64,000 nt of DNA from contig NW_027362762.1 of the NCBI RefSeq assembly GCF_046119375.1, forward strand, positions 516,646,001 to 516,710,000, in the 5' to 3' direction. The DNA comes from Phyllobates terribilis. Taxonomy: Eukaryota. How positions within the stretch are numbered: position 1 is the first letter of the stretch; each line of letters starts with the position of its first letter. The translations under genes and the position numbers were made by a program. A model generated the notes under the pieces. That model worked only from the letters and a program-made list of their open reading frames with translations. It was not told the DNA's origin and made no database searches. Positions 58,106 through 64,000 of the stretch are shown one piece after another.

Positions 58106-59740
58106 CAGTTAGGTCCATATATATTTGGACAGAGACAACATTTTTCTAATTTTGGTTCTAGACATTACCACAATGAATTTTAAACAAAACAATTCAGATG
58201 CAGTTGAAGTTCAGACTTTCAGCTTTCATTTGAGGGTATCCACATTAAAATTGGATGAAGGGTTTAGGAGTTTCAGCTCCTTAACATGTGCCACCCTGTT
58301 TTTAAAGGGACCAAAAGTAATTGGACAGATTAAATAATTGTAAATAAAATGTTCATTTCTAGTACTTGGTTGAAAACCCTTTGTTGGCAATGACTGCCTG
58401 AAGTCTTGAACTCATGGACATCACCAGACGCTGTGTTTCCTCCTTTTTGATGCTCTGCCAGGCCTTCACTGCGGTGGTTTTCAGTTGCTGTTTGTTTGTG
58501 GGCCTTTCTGTCTGAAGTTTAGTCTTTAACAAGTGAAATGCATGCTCAATTGGGTTGAGATCAGGTGACTGACTTGGCCATTCAAGAATATTCCACTTCT
58601 TTGCTTTAATAAACTCCTGGGTTGCTTTGGCTTTATGTTTTGGGTCATTGTCCATCTGTAGTATGAAACGACGACCAATCAGCTTCGCTGCATTTGGCTG
58701 GATCTGAGCACACAGTATGGCTCTGAATACATCAGAATTCATTTGGCTGCTTCTGTCCTGTGTCACATCATCAATAAACACTAGTGACCCAGTGCCACTG
58801 GCAGCCATGCATGCCCAAGCCATCACACTGCCTCCACCATGTTTTACAGATGATGTGGTATGCTTTGGATCATGAGCTGTACCACGCCTTCGCCATACTT
58901 TTCTCTTTCCATTATTCTGGTTTCATCTGTCCAAAGAATGTTCTTCCAGAACTGTGCTGGCTTTTTTAGATGTTTTTTTTAGCAAAGTCCAGTCTAGCCT
59001 TTTTATTCATGATGCTTATGAGTGGCTTGCACCGTGCAGTGAACCCTCTGTATTTACTTTCATGCAGTCTTCTCTTTATGGTAGATTTGGATATTGATAC
59101 GCCTACCTCCTGGAGAGTGTTGTTCACTTGGTTGGCTGTTGTGAAGGGGTTTCTCTTCACCATGGAGATTATTCTGCGATCATCCACCACTGTTGTCTTC
59201 CGTGGGCGCCCAGGTCTTTTTGCATTGATGAGTTCACCAGTGCTTTCTTTCTTTCTCAGGATGTACCAAACTGTAGATTTTGCCACTCCTAATATTGTAG
59301 CAATTTCTCGGATGGGTTTTTTTCTGTTTTAGCAGCTTAAGGATGGCTTGTTTCACCTGCATGGAGAGCTCCTTTGACTGCATGTTTACATCACAGCAAA
59401 ACCTTCCAAATGCAAACACCACACCTCAAATCAACTCCAGGCCTTTTATCTGCTTAATTGAGAATGACATAATGAAGGGATTGCCCACACCTGTCCATGA
59501 AATAGCCTTGGAGTCAATTGTCCAATTACTTTTGGTCCCTTTAAAGCCAGGGTGGCACATGTTAAGGAGCTGAAACTCCTAAACCCTTCATCCAATTTTA
59601 ATGTGGATACCCTCAAATGAAAGCTGAAAGTCTGAACTTCAACTGCATCTGAATTGTTTTGTTTAAAATTCATTGTGGTAATGTCTAGAACCAAAATTAG
59701 AAAAATGTTGTCTTTGTCCAAATATACATGGACCTAACTA
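58106..59740 (-). mobile_element. Second copy of the long-TIR Tc1 DD34E family, in an ADPRS intron, inverted relative to 45139-46768
   Basis: Same TIR CAGTTAGGTCCATA; ORF pieces 58966-59286 and 58359-58826; same A8 frameshift. Confidence 0.95.
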
Positions 59741-59820
59741 CTAGCTCGGACTGCTGTAGGTGAAATGATGCCCGTTAGGTTTAAAGTGGGGAGTTTTAAG
59801 TGTTTACAGTTTTTTGTATA

Positions 59821-61453
59821 CAGTACAGACCAAAAGTTTGGACACACCTTCTCATTTAAAGATATTTCTGTATTTTCATGACTATGAAAATTGTACATTC
59901 ACAATGAAGGCATCAAAACTATGAATTAACACATGTGGAATTATATACTTAACAAAAAAGTGTGAAACAACTGAAAATATATGTCTTATATTCTAGGTTC
60001 TTCAAAGTAGCCACCTTTTGCTTTGATGACTGCTTTGCACACTCTTGGCATTCTCTTGATGAGCTTCAAGAGGTAGTCACCGGAAATGGTTTTCACTTCA
60101 CAGGTGTGCCCTGTCAGGTATAATAAGTGGGATTTCTAGCCTTATAAATGGGGTTGGGACCATCAGTTGTGTTGTGCAGAAGTCTGGTGGATACACAGCT
60201 GATAGTCCTACTGAATAGACTGTCAGCTGCTTTTTTCTTGCCATAATACAAATTCTAAGTAAAGAAAAACGAGTGGCCATCATTGCTTTAAGAAATGAAG
60301 GTCAGTCAGTCCGAAAAATTGGGAAAACTTTGAAAGTGTCCCCAAGTGCAGTTGCAAAAACCATCAAGCGCTACAAAGAAACTGGCTCACATGAGGACCG
60401 CCCCAGGAAAGGAAGACCAAGAGTCACCTCTGCTTCTGAGGATAAGTTTATCCGAGTCACCAGCCTCAGAAATCGCAGGTTAACAGCAGCTCAGATTAGA
60501 GACCAGGTCAATGCCACACAGAGTTCTAGCAGCAGACACATCTCTTCAACAACTGTTAAGAGGAGACTTTGTGCAGCAGGCCTTCATGGTAAAATAGCTG
60601 CTAGGAAACCACTGCTAAGGAGAGGGCAACAAGCAGAAGAGACTTGTTTGGGCTAAAGAACACAAGGAATGGACATTAGACCAGTGGAAATCTGTGCTTT
60701 GGTCTGATGGGTCCAAATTTGAGATCTTTGGATCCAACCACCGTGTCTTTGTGCGACGCAGAAAAGGTGAACGGATGGACTCTACATGTCTGGTTCCCAC
60801 CGTGAAGCATGGAGGAGGAGGTGTGATGGTGTGGGGGTGCTTTGCTGGTGACACTGTTGGGGATTTATTCAAAATTGAAGGCATACTGAACCAGCATGGC
60901 TACCACAGCATCTTGCAGCGGCATGCTATTCCATCCGGTTTGCATTTAGTTGGACCATCATTTATTTTTTAACAGGACAATGACCCCAAACACACCTCCA
61001 GGATGTGTAAGGGCTATTTGACCAAGAAGGAGAGTGATGGGGTGCTACGCCAGATGACCTGGCCTCCACAGTCACCAGACCTGAATCCAATCGAGATGGT
61101 TTGGGGTGAGCTGGACCGCAGAGTGAAGGCAAAAGGGCCAACAAGTGCTAAGCATCTCTGGGAACTCCTTCAAGATTGTTGGAAGACCATTTCCGGTGAC
61201 TACCTCTTGAAGCTCATCAAGAGAATGCCAAGAGTGTGCAAAGCAGTCATCAAAGCAAAAGGTGGCTACTTTGAAGAACCTAGAATATAAGACATATTTT
61301 CAGTTGTTTCACACTTTTTTGTTAAGTATATAATTCCACATGTGTTAATTCATAGCTTTGATGCCTTCAGTGTGAATGTACAATTTTCAAAGTCATGAAA
61401 TTACAGCAAAATCTTTAAATGAGAAGGCGTGTCCAAACTTTTGGTCTGTCCAG
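59821..61453 (+). mobile_element. Tc1/mariner DD38E (Intruder-type) element, inactivated
   Basis: TA|CAGTACAGACCAAAAGTTTGGACAC TIR. 38 residues between the D of QDND and the E of LNPIE (counted). ATG lost, one frameshift, TAA at about 60970. Confidence 0.85.
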
Positions 61454-62838
61454 TACATGTCCATCTATACAAGCACACCACATATTTTTTGCCACCCATG
61501 GGACTGTAACATGCAATGGCTTGATTGCAGGTTCAATACACTGCAATGTTTCTCTGATAGGGCTTCATAGGAGTACAACGACAGCAGACACAGAGGTCTT
61601 CATACGACAACTCATCATCACTCTGTGATCATGTTGTGGCGGGGGGGGGTGACAAAGGGAGTTGAGACCTCTTGCTAACCAATTAAATGCAGAGGTCACA
61701 ATTGACTGCATCATCTCATCAAATTAAACTAAAGTGATCAGAGCCATCTCCGATTTCTGCAGTTACATGCGGGTGTCGTTAGAAGTTATTTAATCAGGGC
61801 ATACTTATAGGGACCACAAAGGGGTCAATTACCTGCCTGCCTCCCTCCAGTCCTCCTCATTTTACTGCCTACAACAGTAACTAAAAATATAGGTTGTCAG
61901 AATGAATATTTATCTCCTTAGAGCAGCGGTCCCCAACCTTTTTTACCTTGAGAGCCACATTTCTCTCAGAGATAATTTCGAGTCATTTGTGCAAAGAAAT
62001 CATTCATAGAGGCCATATTGCAACCAATGATGGATAACTAGTCATTGAAGTGTTCACTGGTTGTTAGATGGTCATTCCAGGCTATTGTGGGTCACAGGGC
62101 GACTGTATTTACTACATTCAGATGGCCAATGTAAAACTTGGGCTAGTCACGTCCGCAAATTGAAAATTTAACTGGTTCTGTGTGCAGCTTCCTGTGCTTG
62201 CCCACATATAGAGGACGAATGCAAAACTATCTGCCATTTACAGAACATGCACTAGTCTGGCCTGTAAATCTGACTAAACTACAGGATGCTGTGATAATTT
62301 ACACAGCACCTAGGCTAACATTTGACAGTACACAGACAGAAAATAAGTATGTTTGAATGTAGTTTTAAAAGGGGTTGTCCACTAATAGGACAACCCCTTC
62401 TGATTCTCCATGTTTGGCTCCGATAAAATAAAAACACATACTGAATTCCTGTGCCAGCGCTGTCCAGCACTTGCGTTTATGGGGCCGCTTGTTACGTCAC
62501 GTGAGCCTGGTGCCCAATCAGCGCTGGCGTTACTGTCACTACCTTCGGACATATATGTAATCAAGAGGAAGAGAGTGCTGCGGCTGACCGCTCACTTCAT
62601 CTCAATTACATACATGTCTGAAGGCAAGGACAGTGATGCCAGCACTGATTGGGCACCAGGCTCACGTTATAACAACCGCATAAGAGCCCCATGAACGCGA
62701 GTGACGACACCGCTACGGGAGGACAGTATAGGTTTTTTTTTTTTGTTTGTTTTTTTTTAAATGGGCAAAACATGGGGAATGAGAAGGTGTTGACCTAGTA
62801 GTGGACAACTCCTTTAAGGCTGAATTAAGAAATCTTTA

Positions 62839-64000
62839 TGTGGCGGCCCTGCGGGTCCAGTTGCCACGGAGGTACTGCATCTCAGCCAGAGGTGTAGTAC
62901 CCCACTCTCAGGTAAGGAGGGAGCACTACCCGGGACCAAACACTCACATCCAACACTACACCACTCCTGAGGGAAGGTCCAGATAGCTCCTAAGGGAGAG
63001 CACAGACCGGGTCCCTGTCTGGAGGGTGGAACTAAGAGGAGGTGGATGGAGGAAGTAGTTTAGGGGAGCACTGAAGGACGAGCATAAAAAGAAGGTTAGA
63101 AATATCTAGAAGTGTCCATTTTTCCTGGTTCCAGTCCTTGGAGCAGGAGTTCCAGTTCCAGAGGAGTTGAGTGGAGTTCAGTGGAGAGTTCTGTCAGAGG
63201 ACCGTGAGGAGTAAGGTCCTGACGGCAAAGGGGCCCAGTCAAAGGGGCCCAGGAGCAGAGTGAGGAGAGAACACCAGAGAAGTGAGAGGGGCTCCAGAGA
63301 TAGAAGGGATCCTAGGGGCACGGCGAGTGCGGGATACCACCCGAGCGCCCGAGTTCCCGCTGATCGTGGAGGGATCAGGCCGCAGTAGGGGAACGGCCCC
63401 AGACTAGTGGAGGACTACAAGACTCAGCTAGCAAACCGGAGGTTACAGTATCTTCACGTGCCGTAGCCAAAAGCCACACACAAAATCGCTGAAAAGGTGG
63501 CCACATAGGACAAAAGGGGACAGACAGGACGTCGCCCAACAAGGCCTGGGGCCACTGGCTCGGGACACTGTGAGGTGCAGGGCAGGAGAAAGAGAGCCAG
63601 TGCAGAGAGAGACAACCTGGGAAGGTACATAAGAAAGGGGTCCCGTTCAAGTGCACCTAAGTTATCTGAGAGTTGGCAGGATCACTTCCCCGGAGGACAC
63701 AGGACGATGTGGGCGGTTATAATCCGGCAACTGTAACCTGGAGCATCTTGATAACTGTGAGTAAATAATTAAAGACTGCACCCCGCTGTGTCCTTCACAT
63801 AATTTCTGCGTCACTTGCCGTGCACTACACCAACACCACCTACCTCATCAAGCCCTATATACTGCCCTGGGGCCTAGCTCTACCCGTGGAAAGCTGAAAC
63901 ATCATTGCTGTGTCACCAACAGCCTCAGAGGATCTGAACAGCAGCGACGGCGGCCAACTATAGCCGCATACCACGGGTGGCGTCACGAACTTTATCCCCA
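62839..64000 (+). mobile_element. Gypsy-type LTR running off the window, related to the 5011 LTR
   Basis: Starts TGTGGCGG; 63855-63992 aligns with 5870-5998, including CCAC(A/G)GGTGGCGTCACGAACTT. Confidence 0.75.

Noticed and set aside
56158-64000. ADPRS first exons (YTDDTAM motif) and mammalian neighbours TEKT2/COL8A2
   Set aside because: No TDDT-encoding segment, tektin sequence or Gly-X-Y collagen ORF found by eye anywhere in the window; presumed outside it.

Overview
Vertebrate nuclear DNA, most likely a frog (inferred from the repeat landscape and the ADPRS protein). It is heavily transposon-derived. The only host gene I can firmly identify is ADPRS/ADPRHL2 (ARH3): four 3' coding exons on the minus strand (56157 to 46846); its first exons were not found and probably lie beyond 64000. 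The rest is nested mobile DNA: (1) a Gypsy element whose pol is interrupted by the 5' half of a CR1 LINE (ORF1 plus about 19.5 x 127-bp monomers); (2) a decayed SCAN-domain, integrase-before-RT (Gmr1-like) Gypsy split by a TTAA element; (3) a nearly intact DIRS1 tyrosine-recombinase retrotransposon with ITRs and ICR; (4) nine Tc1-type segments with DD34E, DD35E and DD38E spacings, one DD35E copy having an open 336-aa ORF; (5) a 4.4-kb hAT-type element with a perfect 8-bp TSD carrying a satellite and a two-family hybrid Tc1; (6) many MITEs and LTRs. Best leads: each CR1 monomer carries an octamer and a consensus splice donor facing an acceptor 18 nt before the ORF1 ATG; a tRNA-PBS-like 13-mer with conserved hairpins sits inside two diverged LTRs; the DIRS gag has an apparent in-frame spliceosomal intron; and a Tc1 77 nt after the ADPRS stop probably supplies the mRNA 3' end. 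All coordinates were read by eye and no database search was run.
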